NCBI GenBank assembly: GCA_964016885.1
Contig: OZ024741.1
Location: 403,186,001-403,250,000, forward strand
From: Eledone cirrhosa
Lineage: Eukaryota
DNA: 64,000 bases
Reading direction: 5' to 3'
Part shown: positions 1 through 13,565 of the stretch, piece after piece
How the letters are laid out: each line of letters opens with the position of its first letter
Position numbering within the stretch: position 1 is the first letter of the stretch
Notes under the pieces: model-generated
What the model was told of the DNA's origin: nothing
Database searches by the model: none
Seen by the model: the letters and a program-made list of their open reading frames with translations, nothing else
Program-made: the position numbers and the translations under genes

Positions 1-78
<78 letters not shown>

Positions 79-159
79 CGTGTATATATATATACATAAA
101 CACACTAAATCCTTGAATTTTAGTTAACCTTCCATTGTTGTTTATTTTACGTTGCTTCA

Positions 160-325
160 GTACACTCAACTGAGCGTGAGTACCAGCAATAGCTGGGAAG
201 TTAAACCTGCGATAGACTGGCGTCCTGTCCAGGGAGAGTGTTGTACTCTCAGTCGCTCAACGCCAAGGAAACCGGGGATAAGTAGCGCCCTGATGAACTT
301 TCGGCTTAGAACAGACTTTAACTTC
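160..325 (+). mobile_element. 3' part of a tRNA-derived SINE (V/Meta-type body)
   Basis: Contains AACCTGCGATAGACTGGCGTCCTGTCCAGGG...GAAACCGGGGATAAG, typical of invertebrate/fish SINE bodies; recognised from memory. Confidence 0.55.
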
Positions 326-1004
326 CATCGTTGTCACACGTAGCTTCAAAGTCTATTTTACTTAAAAAGACTTCAGTTATTCCGTTGATCATACATCATG
401 GTATACAAATATATACACCAAATTTGTGTGTGTATATATATATATATATATAGGAAAAGAGTCAGGACCCCGACAGCTGAGCTCCGGCCGTTTTATATAT
501 AGAGGTAGAACACTGGAAGGTAATATCCGTAGTGGTAGAGTACTCAGTCCATGAGACGAGTTTGGTAGATCCGCATAAGGTGAAACAATTGTTCTCGGTA
601 TGGTGAACTAACTGTTGTGTAAAATTCTCTTATAAAGGCTCCGTCGTTTTCATTAATATCATCATCATCATTATTATTATTACCATCATCGTAATCATCA
701 TCATCCTCACCATAATTATTGTTGTAGTTGTGTTTACCTTTCTGTTGAGACTATGAACAAAGTTCTACTTATTTGAATTCTTCAGGTAAGAAAAAAACAA
801 AAGAAAAAACAAACTACTTTTATCCATGTGGTAGCCTCCATTTCTTAGTTGTTGTTGTTGCTGTTGTTGTTGTTGTTGTTATTGTTGTTGTTTTACACCA
901 GGTGAAATTCCATTGTGTAGTCTTGTGATTAAAGACGTTCCAGCCTTGAACATCCAGTCTTGTTTTCTAAACTCAAAGAAAAAGTATTATCCATTGTGTT
1001 CTTA

Positions 1005-1530
1005 TTTTTTTCTTTCTTTTTATAAAGACGGTAATATGTAATACAGCTGCTATCTCTAGCAGAGAGAATAACCAGGTATAGGTTCCATATTGTCCTGTGG
1101 TTGTGGTTGTAATTATTACACTGACGTTCAATTATAAAATAACTATCAAAACAGTTGTAAAAGATATTTAGCAATTAATTACACTGCTTTTTCAGTTCGG
1201 TAAATTCTAGAAAAAATAAAGGATTATTTTGAGGTAAGATATTTTAAAACTCAAATAAAAGGTATTTAGGACTGCATTATCCACTGAGGCATTGTATATT
1301 TTTCTTTATTTTTATAAAGACGATCAGATGTAACACAGTTGCTATTTCTAGCAGAGAGAACGACCAGGTATATGCTCCATAGTGTCCTGTTATCGTCGTT
1401 GTAATTATCACAGTGACGTTCGATCAGATAAAACTATTAAAATAGTTGTAAAGTATTTAGTAATTATGTTACCTGGCTTCAGTTTGGTAAATTCTAGAAA
1501 AAGTAAAGGATTATTTTGAAGTAAGACTAA
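1005..1530. repeat. Diverged tandem duplication (~300 bp unit)
   Basis: TTTATAAAGACG...GCTATYTCTAGCAGAGAGAA...GGTAAATTCTAGAAAAARTAAAGGATTATTTTGARGTAAGA occurs at ~1019-1240 and again at ~1311-1527. Confidence 0.8.
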
Positions 1531-1929
1531 AACCAACTTGGTTGTTTTATAAAGTCGACCAAGATGTCGGCAGTATCTTCAGGTAAGTCAGAAATTACTG
1601 GCTTTCATTGATAACTGTTTTATGTGACCACTTCACTATTTCACATATAAACTAGAGTCTTGAGTGTTATCGATTTATCGAGATCAAGTAAATATAGCTA
1701 ATAATTGGTCACTTGTTGTTAAGACGACAACAGCCTTATGCTAACATGTCTCCGGCCTTTTTATTTCTAACTTAATCGATCAATGGCCAGCTTATACGAT
1801 AGCTAATCAGTCACTTTGGTTAACTGATTGATCTAGCAATATCAGGTCTATAAATTGTAATATATCGGCTGGTGAAGGCGTCCCTACGTAGTCTCGTGAC
1901 CGACTAGAAATCATCATCATCATCGTCGC

Positions 1930-1963
<34 letters not shown>

Positions 1964-2174
1964 TCCACCACGACCACCACGACCACCACGACGACCACCA
2001 CCACCACCACCATCATCATCTCCACCACCACCACCACCACCACCATGGGTGGAAACTCAGAGTGAAGCGTGCCGGATTAAACATGTGCTGGATGGAAACT
2101 CAGAGAGAAGTGTGCCGGATTAAACATCAAAGTGTTTAATCCCAACGATTCTGCCAGAGTAGCCTCCCCTTAAT

Positions 2175-2380
2175 TAAAGACACAAGGCCAACAATTTTGA
2201 GAGAGGGGAAAGTTGATTAAATCGATCCAGTACATTACTGGTACTTTATTTGATTGACCCTGTAAGGATGAAAGGTAAAGTTAACCTCGTCAGGATTTGA
2301 ACTCAGCACGCAAAGGGACGTAACTCTATATCACAAAACATACTGTCCGACGCTCTACCGATTCTACTGCCAATGCACCA
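2175..2380 (-). mobile_element. Octopus OK-type tRNA-derived SINE
   Basis: Reverse complement of the family consensus (GGCAGTA..GGTAGAG..TCGGAC...GAGTTCAAATCC..CGAGGTTAACTTT.CCTTTCATCCTTAC.GGGTC...GGCCTTGTG). Confidence 0.8.
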
Positions 2381-2749
2381 ACCTTAAAATGTAATTAATT
2401 AAAATTACTAAAATAAAATATTTACAAAATTGACAAAACGAAAGAAAAGAAAAACATATTAAAAAAAGAAATAAAGATAACTAAGAGTTATGAGGAGGGG
2501 AGGAACTCTATATTAGGGATCTCAAACTTAAGGACTCAAAAGGTCCATTAGGTCCCGGGGGAGAGGCACAGCGGGCCAGAAGTGAGATGGGGTGATGTGA
2601 CCTGATTTCCACCAGTTATAACACTAATCTAGAACTGACTGATCTTCAAAGATGTCACCTACTTCTATATCAATGAAATATATACCTTCCAACCTCCCTG
2701 TCTTATTAAGAGCGTGCGTGTTGATGTTCTCTTTTACTGCCCCCATCTC

Positions 2750-2915
2750 TCTCACTCTCCCTATCTCTCACTATCATATACAAATGGGGATGCAGGTACT
2801 GGCCACCCCATGACCCAGGCGGACAGAATAGAGAATGCGTTTCCCCAGAGGATTGGAAGAGCCATTCCAGCTCACGAGACTCACACCTGCGGGTAGCCAA
2901 CTTTATGCCGATGGT
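2750..2915 (-). pseudogene. CRE-like non-LTR retrotransposon RLE-domain 3' fragment
   Basis: Translates ATRRCESRELEWLFQ, with a frameshifted GNAFSIL motif, matching other copies in the window. Confidence 0.6.
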
Positions 2916-3186
2916 GGTATTTATATATTATTCCATTAATATAAATACACATATGATAGTAAGTGGGATGTGGGAATTAGTACAAAAATGTAGGGAGAAA
3001 AGAGGGGCAAAACTTTCTCTTTCAAATTTTCCTTAATTCTGTTTATACTTTTGGGTAAATCCCCCTTTTTTCACCTTTGATAAAGTCCTTTTATTTCCCA
3101 TTTTATTTTATTTTATAGGTAAATTACAATAAAGTGTACAATAAATATTAAAACAGGTATAGATCACCAAATTTTATGGCAATATG

Positions 3187-3365
3187 CGGTGGATTGACAG
3201 TATCAGTAGAGGGTCGGATGCCATGCTTTCCAGCATAGAGTTACGGCCCTTTATGGTCTGAGTTCAAATCCCGCCGAGGTTAACTTTGCCTTACGGTGTC
3301 GATAAAATAAAGTACCAGTAATGTACTGGAGTATTTGCTGGCCTTGTGCCAAAAGTAGAAACAAT
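3187..3365 (+). mobile_element. Octopus OK-type SINE
   Basis: GGTGGATTGACAGTATCAGTAGAG head, B-box-like GAGTTCAAATCC, tail GGCCTTGTGCCAAAAGTAGAAAC. Confidence 0.85.
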
Positions 3366-3519
3366 ATTAGTCTATTATTAGAAAATTGTTCTGACACTTG
3401 CCGCAGAAAAATTGTTTGCGGACCACATGCGGCCCGTGGGCTGCGTACTTGGGTCTCCTGGTGTATACAATAAACAACGCCAGAATCATGTACTCATTAT
3501 AATTCGGCCAACTTCTGAT

Positions 3520-3721
3520 TTATTTTCCCCAGTCTGTGGCGTATGAGACGTTTTGGGGAGCTGGGCCACTGACAGCGAAGTTCTTGTCATCATTAGCTTC
3601 TCGCCTTACCTTGGTGTCAGGTGATGCTTGTGCGAGTGCTTGGTTGTTTCAACATCTTAGCCTCGCCATCATACACGGTGACGGTGTGAGTGTGTTAGCT
3701 TGCCTCCAAAATTTCCGATGA
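3520..3721 (+). pseudogene. CRE-like RLE-LINE C-terminal fragment
   Basis: FPVCG/VAYETFWGAGPLTAKFLSSLASRLTLVSGDACASAWLFQHLSLAIIHGDGVSVLACL resembles the ET.G..G....F...L......WLFQR.S.A..RGN..S.L tail of CRE-clade endonucleases. Confidence 0.65.
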
Positions 3722-3725
3722 TACT

Positions 3726-6700
3726 TGTGGTGTAGTGTGGTGTGGTGTGGTGTAGTGTGGTGTGGTGTAGTGTGGTGTGGTGTGGTGTGGTGTAGTGTGG
3801 TGTAGTGTGGTGTGGAGTAGTGTAGTGTAGTGTGGTGCGGTGTGGTGTAGTGTAGTATGGTGTGGTGTAGTGTGGTGTGGTGTGGTGTGGTGTAGTGTGG
3901 TGTAGTGTAGTGTGGTGTAGTGTGGTGTAGTGTGGTGTAGTGTGGTGTGGTGTAGTGTGGTGTAGTGTAGTGTGGTGTAGTGTGGTGTAGTGTGGTGTAG
4001 TGTAGTGTGGTGTAGTGTGGTGTAGTGTGGTGTAGTGTGGTGTGGTGTAGTGTGGTGTAGTGTAGTGTGGTGTAGTGTGGTGTAGTGTGGTGTGGTGTGG
4101 TGTAGTGTGGTGTGGTGTAGTGTGGTGTGGTGTGGTGTGGTGTAGTGTGGTGTAGTGTGGTGTGGAGTAGTGTAGTGTAGTGTGGTGCGGTGTGGTGTAG
4201 TGTAGTATGGTGTGGTGTAGTGTGGTGTGGTGTGGTGTGGTGTAGTGTGGTGTAGTGTGGTGTAGTGTGGTGTAGTGTGGTGTAGTGTGGTGTGGTGTAG
4301 TGTGGTGTAGTGTAGTGTGGTGTAGTGTGGTGTAGTGTGGTGTGGTGTGGTGTAGTGTGGTGTGGTGTAGTGTGGTGTGGTGTGGTGTGGTGTAGTGTGG
4401 TGTAGTGTGGTGTGGAGTAGTGTAGTGTAGTGTGGTGCGGTGTGGTGTAGTGTAGTATGGTGTGGTGTAGTGTGGTGTGGTGTGGTGTGGTGTAGTGTGG
4501 TGTAGTGTAGTGTGGTGTAGTGTGGTGTAGTGTGGTGTAGTGTGGTGTGGTGTAGTGTGGTGTAGTGTAGTGTGGTGTAGTGTGGTGTAGTGTGGTGTGG
4601 TGTGGTGTAGTGTGGTGTGGTGTAGTGTGGTGTGGTGTGGTGTAGTGTGGTGTAGTGTGGTGTGGAGTAGTGTAGTGTAGTGTGGTGCGGTGTGGTGTAG
4701 TGTAGTATGGTGTGGCGTAGTGTGGTGTAGTGTAGTATGGTGTGGTGTAGTGTGGTGTGGTGTAGTGTAGTGTGGTGTAGTGTGGTGTAGTGTAGTGTAG
4801 TGTGGTGTAGTGTGGTGTAGTGTGGTGTAGTGTGGTGTAGTGTAGTGTAGTGTAGTGTGGTTTAGTGTGATGAAGTGTCGTGTAGTGTGGTGTGGTGTAG
4901 TGTGGTGTAGTGTGGTGTAGTGTAGTGTGGTGTAGTGTAGTGTGGTGTGGTGTAGTGTGGTGTGGTGTAGTGTGGTGTAGTGTGGTGTGGTGTAGTGTGG
5001 TGTAGTGTGGTGTAGTGTGGTGTGGTGTAGTGTGGTGTAGTGTAGTGTGGTGTAGTGTGGTGTAGTGTGGTGTAGTGTGGTGTGGTGTAGTGTGGTGTAG
5101 TGTGGTGTAGTGTGGTGTAGTGTAGTGTGGTGTAGTGTGGTGTAGTGTGGTGTGGTGTAGTGTGGTGTAGTGTGGTGTGGTGTAGTGTAGTGTAGTGTGG
5201 TGTAGTGTGGTGTAGTGTGGTGTAGTGTAGTGTGGTGTAGTGTGGTGTGGTGTTGTGTGGTGTAGTGTAGTGTGGTGTAGTGTGGTGTAGTGTGGTGTAG
5301 TGTGGTGTAGTGTGGTGTAGTGTAGTGTGGTGTAGTGTGGTGTGGTGTAGTGTGGTGTAGTGTAGTGTGGTGTAGTGTGGTGTAGTGTGGTGTAGTGTGG
5401 TGTGGTGTAGTGTAGTGTGGTGTAGTGTGGTGTAGTGTGGTGTAGTGTGGTGTAGTGTGGTGTAGTGTAGTGTGGTGTAGTGTGGTGTAGTGTGGTGTAG
5501 TGTGGTGTAGTGTGGTGTAGTGTGGTGTGGTGTAGTGTAGTGTAGTGTGGTGTAGTGTGGTGTGGTGTAGTGTGGTGTAGTGTAGTGTAGTGTGGTGTAG
5601 TGTGGTGTAGTGTGGTGTAGTGTGGTGTGGTGTAGTGTGGTGTAGTGTAGTGTGGTGTAGTGTGGTGTAGTGTGGTGTGGTGTAGTGTGGTGTAGTGTAG
5701 TGTGGTGTAGTGTGGTGTAGTGTGGTGTAGTGTGGTGTAGTGTGGTGTAGTGTGGTGTGGTGTAGTGTGGTGTAGTGTAGTGTGGTGTAGTGTGGTGTAG
5801 TGTGGTGTGGTGTAGTGTGGTGTAGTGTAGTGTGGTGTAGTGTGGTGTAGTGTGGTGTAGTGTGGTGTGGTGTAGTGTGGTGTAGTGTAGTGTGGTGTAG
5901 TGTGGTGTAGTGTGGTGTAGTGTGGTGTGGTGTAGTGTGGTGTAGTGTGGTGTAGTGTGGTGTGGTGTAGTGTGGTGTAGTGTAGTGTGGTGTAGTGTGG
6001 TGTAGTGTGGTGTAGTGTGGTGTAGTGTAGTGTGGTGTAGTGTGGTGTAGTGTGGTGTAGTGTGGTGTGGTGTAGTGTGGTGTAGTGTAGTGTGGTGTAG
6101 TGTGGTGTAGTGTGGTGTAGTGTGGTGTAGTGTGGTGTAGTGTAGTGTGGTGTAGTGTGGTGTAGTGTGGTGTGGTGTAGTGTGTGTAGTGTAGTGTGGT
6201 GTAGTGTGGTGTGGTGTAGTGTGGTGTGGTGTAGTGTGGTGTAGTGTAGTGTGGTGTAGTGTGGTGTAGTGTAGTGTGGTGTAGTGTGGTGTAGTGTGGT
6301 GTAGTGTGGTGTGGTGTAGTGTGGTGTAGTGTAGTGTGGTGTAGTGTGGTGTAGTGTGGTGTAGTGTAGTGTAGTGTAGTGTGGTGTGGTGTAGTGTGGT
6401 GTAGTGTGGTGTAGTGTGGTGTAGTGTAGTGTGGTGTAGTGTGGTGTAGTGTGGTGTGGTGTAGTGTGGTGTAGTGTGGTGTGGTGTAGTGTGGTGTAGT
6501 GTAGTGTGGTGTAGTGTGGTGTAGTGTGGTGTAGTGTGGTGTAGTGTAGTGTGGTGTAGTGTGGTGTAGTGTGGTGTGGTGTAGTGTGGTGTAGTGTAGT
6601 GTGGTGTAGTGTGGTGTAGTGTGGTGTAGTGTGGTGTAGTGTAGTGTGGTGTAGTGTGGTGTAGTGTAGTGTGGTGTAGTGTGGTGTAGTGTGGTGTAGT

Positions 6701-8105
6701 GTAGTGTGGTGTAGTGTGGTGTAGTGTGGTGTAGTGTGGTGTGGTGTAGTGTGGTGTAGTGTAGTGTGGTGTAGTGTGGTGTGGTGTAGTGTAGTGTAGT
6801 GTGGTGTAGTGTGGTGTAGTGTGGTGTAGTGTGGTGTAGTGTGGTGTAGTGTAGTGTGGTGTGGTGTGTGGTGTGGTGTGGTGTAGTGTGGTGTAGTGTG
6901 GTGTAGTGTGGTGTAGTGTGGTGTAGTGTAGTGTGGTGTAGTGTAGTGTAGTGTGGTGTGGTGTAGTGTGGTGTAGTGTAGTGTGGTGTACTGTGGTGTA
7001 GTGTGGTGTAGTGTGGTGTAGTGTGGTGTAGTGTAGTGTGGTGTAGTGTGGTGTAGTGTAGTCTGGTGTAGTGTGGTGTAGTGTGGTGTGGTGTAGTGTG
7101 GTGTAGTGTGGTGTGGTGTAGTGTGGTGTAGTGTGGTGTAGTGTGGTGTAGTGTGGTGTAGTGTAGTGTGGTGTAGTGTGGTGTGGTGTAGTGTGGTGTA
7201 GTGTGGTGTAGTGTGGTGTAGTGTGGTGTAGTGTGGTGTAGTGTGGTGTAGTGTGGTGTAGTGTGGTGTAGTGTAGTGTGGTGTAGTGTGGTGTAGTGTG
7301 GTGTAGTGTGGTGTGGTGTAGTGTGGTGTAGTGTGGTGTAGTGTAGTGTAGTGTAGTGTAGTGTGGTGTAGTGTAGTGTGGTGTAGTGTGGTGTAGTGTG
7401 GTGTAGTGTAGTGTGGTGTAGTGTAGTGTGGTGTAGTGTGGTGTAGTGTGGTGTGGTGTAGTGTGGTGTAGTGTAGTGTGGTGTAGTGTGGTGGGGTGTA
7501 GTGTGGTGTAGTGTGGTGTGGTGTAGTGTGGTGTAGTGTAGTGTGGTGTAGTGTGGTGTGGTGTAGTGTGGTGTAGTGTGGTGTGGTGTAGTGTGGTGTA
7601 GTGTAGTGTGGTGTAGTGTGGTGTAGTGTAGTGTAGTGTGGTGTGGTGTAGTGTAGTGTGGTGTGGTGTGGTGTAGTGTGGTGTAGTGTGATGTAGTGTG
7701 GTGTAGTGTGGTGTAGTGTGGTGTAGTGTGGTGTAGTGTGGTGTAGTGTAGTGTGGTGTAGTGTGGTGTAGTGTAGTGTAGTGTGGTGTAGTGTGGTGTA
7801 GTGTAGTGTGGTGTAGTGTGGTGTAGTGTGGTGTAGTGTGATGTAGTGTGGTGTAGTGTGGTGTAGTGTGGTGTAGTGTGGTGTAGTGTGGTGTAGTGTA
7901 GTGTGGTGTAGTGTGGTGTAGTGTAGTGTAGTGTGGTGTAGTGTGGTGTAGTGTAGTGTGGTGTAGTGTGGTGTAGTGTGGTGTGGTGTAGTGTGGTGTA
8001 GTGTGGTGTAGTGTGGTGTAGTGTGGTGTAGTGTAGTGTGGTGTAGTGTGGTGTAGTGTGGTGTAGTGTAGTGTGGTGTAGTGTGGTGTAGTGTGGTGTG
8101 ATGTG
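3726..8105. repeat. Pentanucleotide satellite (GTGTA/GTGTG)n, ~4.4 kb
   Basis: Directly visible; produces the spurious 1490-aa His/Thr ORF. Confidence 0.98.
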
Positions 8106-9060
8106 TGACCAAGTGATGCACTTGGTGTTGAATTAATGCGTCTTTTTATAATCCTCTGTTGATTATATGTTGTGTATTTATAAGGTTCCTAACAATAATT
8201 GATTATATGTATGTTATATGTTTGAACAAATAGAAATAAAGAATAAACATTTCTTATATTTGAAGGAGGAATTCATCGATATTTGATTGATTTTCAGACA
8301 TTTAAGAGTATTTTAGTTTTATATAGAACGGTAAGATCTAACTTCTAATTAAGAGTTAAACTTTTGAGTGTGAATAAGATGAAAACAGTTACCTCCCTCG
8401 CACAGTCTAGTCATTTTCACTTGATCTGTTCGAATCAAAAAGTATATTCAATGAGGTAGACACACATGCTAGAAATAGCAGCGAAATTTCTCTAAAATCG
8501 TACTGCGTAGTCTTTACAGAAAGAAATACACATTGCATAATGAAGTCCTAGTTGCACTGTTTGGAAAATGCAAAAAAGAAAAGCGATAGTTTCTGCTAGA
8601 ACGCTGCCTATCTCTACTCTTATGTAACTCCGAAGGGAGTCGTAGGGGCGCCATATTGAAATACGGCGTTTCTAGGGCATTTTTAAACATGGCGCAACCC
8701 ATCTTCTCTCCAGGTCTGAATACAGCAGATTTCTTACAAAGAAAGATAGAGAGTGAGAGACTGGAAGTGAGAAAGAGATATAGAGGAAGAATCGACCCTA
8801 GTATTAGACTGGTACATTTTTCATCAACTTTTAAAGAACGAAAGGCGAAGTTGACCTCGGTGGGATTTGAACTGAGAGAAGAGAGAGTTGGAAGGAATAC
8901 CACAAAGCGGTCTATCTGTTAGTTCACCACCTTGGCGCTACTATTTAAAAAAAATAATATATATAGTTTATTGATAATTAAACATATTATTTATTGATAA
9001 TTAAACATATTATATATAGTTTAGTAATAATTAAACAAATATTTAAATGTACTGTGAGTG

Positions 9061-9108
9061 AGCTGTACTGATGAAGGGTGATACCCAGAAACATTAGTGT
9101 CTGCAGTT
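9061..9108 (+). ncRNA. Type I hammerhead ribozyme
   Basis: AGCUGUA-CUGAUGA-A-GGGU(GAU)ACCC-A-GAAA-CA(UUAG)UG-UC-UGCAGUU: stems I, II, III all pair; GUC cleavage triplet. Confidence 0.75.
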
Positions 9109-9619
9109 CTGATCACATGCCAACCCAAGAGCAAGAATGAAGGGTTCATTCTACTGACATGGCTATAAAATTGAGGCTTGTTTGCATAATTGCAAACGAA
9201 TCGAATGTTATTATTAATATTCGAAAAACTCAGATTACATTTATTGTATCAGCCATGTAGAGCGAAAAAGTTTTCTTTTTTAAACAAATATTTTATATAG
9301 TGTATTAATATTTAAACATATGATGGTTATTGAGTAAAAGCTTGTGTAGAAACAGGGTATACACAAACACATATTAAAAATATCTTTTCTCTTTCTGTGT
9401 AAATAATCAAAATAAAATTACATGATAAAATGACAAGTCAGTCAATCACTGTTAAAAAATATTAAATATCCATATTTAGGAAGTTGAATAATGTCTGTAC
9501 TGTATTGTCTTGGATTTTATTTGTATTTGGACGTTTATGTTATGAATTTACGTGTGTATATGTATGACGTACAACGGGTATTCTCCACCTCCATCTAACT
9601 TACTCTTCGTTTGATGGTC

Positions 9620-9740
9620 CCGGTGGACAGGATGGAGAGTAATAATACCACGGTGGACGGCGAGGGAGACGCGCTGGATAAGCCACTTCACCTCGCGGGG
9701 TTGTCTATCCAAGTACCAATGCTTCGCCATCTTTCGCGCT
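9620..9740 (-). pseudogene. CRE-like RLE-LINE tail fragment
   Basis: ORF 9548..9730: QPREVKWLIQRVSLAVHRG. Confidence 0.55.
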
Positions 9741-10259
9741 AATACTGTGCTGTGAGTTTCTTGGTTTACCTCAAATATTTTTAGAATGTACCTTCAGAAT
9801 TCCCCGATGTAGTGTGTAATTTAAAAATAAATCTTTTCTCTTCCTTCTAACAGGCTTTTATTAATTTGTTCCTCTTGGAAATAATAAATGCCTTTGCAGT
9901 TTTGTACACGGAGTACAGCCGAAACAACGCCTGACCTAGGCATAGAGCCTTTACCCCTCTCTCTTCCGCGACTGAATAATCCTTGCAATTTTCTTTCTTT
10001 TCCTATCATATATGACATTTATAGTCCTTTTCTCTACCTTCCTCTACAGCCAGATCTGCCCTTCTTTACCCATCCCCCCTCTCTTTTCATTACTTAATTA
10101 AAAAAAATTTTTTTTTATAACTTCTTATTGTATAACTTCTGTTGTATAACTTCTGTCTGTAAAATTGTATAACTTCTGTCTGTAAAATATAGTTGACATG
10201 TGTTTATGTATAGTTGATTAGTTATATAAATAAAAATGAAATAAATTATTTGCTTCTTG

Positions 10260-10680
10260 CACAAAAAGTTGGTCTTAACTCTACACAGAAGATAAAATAC
10301 CGAGGCTTGTCCGGCCGTTTCCTTGTTGTACCGGCCGCTGTCGAGACCTCAGGGACCATTGGTCTCCACACTGATGATTTCCTCTGCAAAATCGGAAAGA
10401 CAGCAGCCCGCCTGAGGAAGGAGTCCTTTGAGGCTGGGTGGCTGTTGTAGCGGGTGTCTCTGGCCATTCTCCATGGCAATATCTTCACTATTCTGTCTGT
10501 GGAACACAGCTGAATCACCCCTCAGACTGGGGCGTAGAACCCCCCCCCCCGCGTCACGCTCTCTGCCCCTTTCCTCTGTTGCTTCATTTTCTCTTTCTTT
10601 TTCTTCTTTCTCTTTCCTTTTTATTGCTTCATTTAACTATTTCTTTCTCTCTAACTTTACAATGTATAATAATTAACAAA
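10260..10680 (+). pseudogene. CRE-like RLE-LINE tail fragment plus 3' UTR
   Basis: KIKYRGLSGRFLVVPAAVETSGTIG...GWLL*RVSLAILHGNIFTILS followed by a pyrimidine/T-rich UTR. Confidence 0.7.
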
Positions 10681-10971
10681 TATATTAGAAATGTCCCTGT
10701 CAACATTTAACTATGGAGAGGTGCTCGGAGGATACAATTTCTTATTAATAATTGTTTCTACTTTTGGCACAAGGCCAGCAATTATCCCAGTGTATTACTG
10801 GTACTTTATTTTATTGACCCCGTAAGAATGAAAGGCAAAGTTAACCTCGGCAAATTTGAACTCAGAGGTTAACTTTGCCTTTCATCCTTAAGGGGTCGAT
10901 GTTTGAATAAAGTTAAGTGAGTTAAAGAAAAGTTTTTATTATGCAGTAAATAATTTTAGATCAAGAATTAT

Positions 10972-11307
10972 TTATAAATTACAATGAACGAGGAAATAGT
11001 AACCTAAGTAAACATGAAAGAACAGCCGAACTCCCACTGTCATCGCCTCCATCTCTCCCCCCCCCCATCTCTCCGTATGGTGAGCAAATAGGGTCCCATG
11101 TGCTGGCCTCCCCACAGCCCCGACAGACAGGATGGAGAAGGCGTTTCCCCGGAGGATGGTAAGGGAGATACGCTGGAAGAGCCATTCCAACTCGTGAGGC
11201 TCACACCTACGGCTGGCCAGCTCAGCGCCTATGGTGGTGAGTTTGGAGGTAGCCCTAGGGCCAAAGACACCAGAAGTCTCCACTGCTACAGGTAGCCAGG
11301 TCTGCAC
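10972..11307 (-). pseudogene. CRE-like RLE-LINE tail fragment
   Basis: PVAVETSGVFGPRATSKLTTIGAELASRRCEPHELEWLFQRISLTILRGNAFSILS. Confidence 0.75.
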
Positions 11308-12333
11308 CTATGGTGGTAAATAGGGAGGTAGCCCTAGGGCTGAGGACACCAGAAGTCTCCACTGCTACAGGTAGCCAGGTCTGCACCTATGGTGGTAAAT
11401 AGGGAGGTAGCCCTAGGGCTGAGGACACCAGAAGTCTCCACTGCTACAGGTAGCCAGGTCTGCACCTATGGTGGTAAATAGGGAGGTAGCCCTAGGGCTG
11501 AGGACACCAGAAGTCTCCACTGCTACAGGTAGCCAGGTCTGCACCTATGGTGGTAAATAGGGAGGTAGCCCTAGGGCTGAGGACACCAGAAGTCTCCACT
11601 GCTACAGGTAGCCAGGTCTGCACCTATGGTGGTAAATAGGGAGGTAGCCCTAGGCCTGAGGACACCAGAAGTCTCCACTGCTACAGGTAGCCAGGTCTGC
11701 ACCTATGGTGGTAAATAGGGAGGTAGCCCTAGGGCTGAGGACACCAGAAGTCTCCACTGCTATAGGTAGCCAGGTCTGCACCTATGGTGGTAAATAGGGA
11801 GGTAGCCCTAGGGCTGAGGACACCAGAAGTCTCCACTGCTACAGGTAGCCAGGTCTGCATCTATGGTGGTAAATAGGGAGGTAGCCCTAGGGCCAAGGAC
11901 ACCAGAAGTCTCCACTGCTACAGGTAGCCAGGTCTGCACCTATGGTGGTAAATAGGGAGGTAGCCCTAGGGCCAAGGACACCAGAAGTCTCCACTGCTAC
12001 AGGTAGCTAGGTCTGCACCTATGGTGGTAAATAGGGAGGTAGCCCTAGGGCTGAGGACACCAGAAGTCTCCACTGCTACAGGTAGCCAGGTCTGCACCTA
12101 TGGTGGTAAATAGGGAGGTAGCCCTAGGGCTGAGGACACCAGAAGTCTCCACTGCTACAGGTAGCCAGGTCTGCACCTATGGTGGTAAATAGGGAGGTAG
12201 CCCTAGGGCCAAAGACACCAGAAGTCTCCACTGCTACAGGTAGCCAGGTCTGCACCTATGGTGGTAAATAGGGAGGTAGCCCTAGGGCCAAAGACACCAG
12301 AAGTCTCCACTGCTACAGGTAGCCAGGTCTGCA
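11228..12333. repeat. 79-bp minisatellite, 14 copies, derived from the CRE-like fragment
   Basis: Unit CCTATGGTGGTAAATAGGGAGGTAGCCCTAGGGC...GGTAGCCAGGTCTGCA, period 79 (11228, 11307, 11386...). Confidence 0.95.
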
Positions 12334-13268
12334 ATGCTTACAAATATAAGATTACTTTGAAAATATTGTAATTTAAAAAAAATCTATACATAACTTTATG
12401 TCCTGCTTTGGATTTAGACTTTGTGGGGCCCGGGGCATATCAGGTTTTGGGGGGTTGGAGTGGGGGTGGGGGACTTTATACACACACAAAAAAATAGAAT
12501 ACATACCCCCCCCCCCCCAATTTTACATATCAAAGTTAGCTTGGTGCAAGTAATTGAAATTGAAAAGTTATACATACAGGTATTAAATAAAAAAAATTCT
12601 CACCATCCTAAAACTAAAAAGCCCGGCCGAGGGCACAAATAAATTGCTACGGTTGTTGCTGGTAGGGCCTCCCACTGCAGGGAGCCCGGGACTATTGTCC
12701 CCTTTACACCGCCATTAAATCTGGCCCTAATTATGTCAACTATATTTTACAAAAAGAAGTTATACAATGATAGAAATATGGGAAAAGAAAGATAAAAATA
12801 AATTTAAGTAATGAGACGAGCGGGGAAGGAATAAAGAAGGGCCGATCTGGCTGTATAGGAAAGTAGAGGGAAGGACTACAAATGCCATAAATGAGAGGAA
12901 CAGGAGGGGGAAATGCAAGGAATTTTGGGCCACAGAAGAAAGAAAGGGGCAAAGGCAGACGGTGACAGACTTTATGTCAGTATTATTAACATATTTTTAA
13001 TTCATAAGGTAAAACGACATTTAAAGAAGCTACGAAGCTCGTTTGCAGTACCTATGGTGGAATACCTATGTTTGAAGAATTCAAACAACCATATTTATTA
13101 ATCTACAAAATATCAACTTCAACCTATTACTACCTTACCTGTCGTAGGTAGCAGTTTTACCTTTAAACTAATTACAACAGCGCTCCATTTCACACAGTCC
13201 CGGCACATATCGTTAAGGTAGCGATGTTTCAGCATGTTTTTTTTTTAGGGGGTTTAAGTCAACTACTG

Positions 13269-13324
<56 letters not shown>

Positions 13325-13448
13325 GCTACTGCTACTACTACTACTACTACTACCTTTACCTTAATCATGAAAATAATAATTTGTAAAATATATATATATG
13401 TGTGTGTGTGTAATGTGTGTTATTTTGTAACGAAGTATTCATGTTAAG

Positions 13449-13565
<117 letters not shown>

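Noticed and set aside
741-1590. CAG|GTAAG donor sites at ~785 and ~1582 as host exons
   Set aside because: No convincing acceptor/ORF pairing or recognisable peptide; cannot be supported without RNA data.
3187-3290. SINE heads as tRNA genes
   Set aside because: No acceptor stem or cloverleaf; they continue into the SINE body.
3649-8121. 1490-aa His/Thr/Tyr/Pro ORF
   Set aside because: Translation of a stop-free pentanucleotide satellite; no coding signal.
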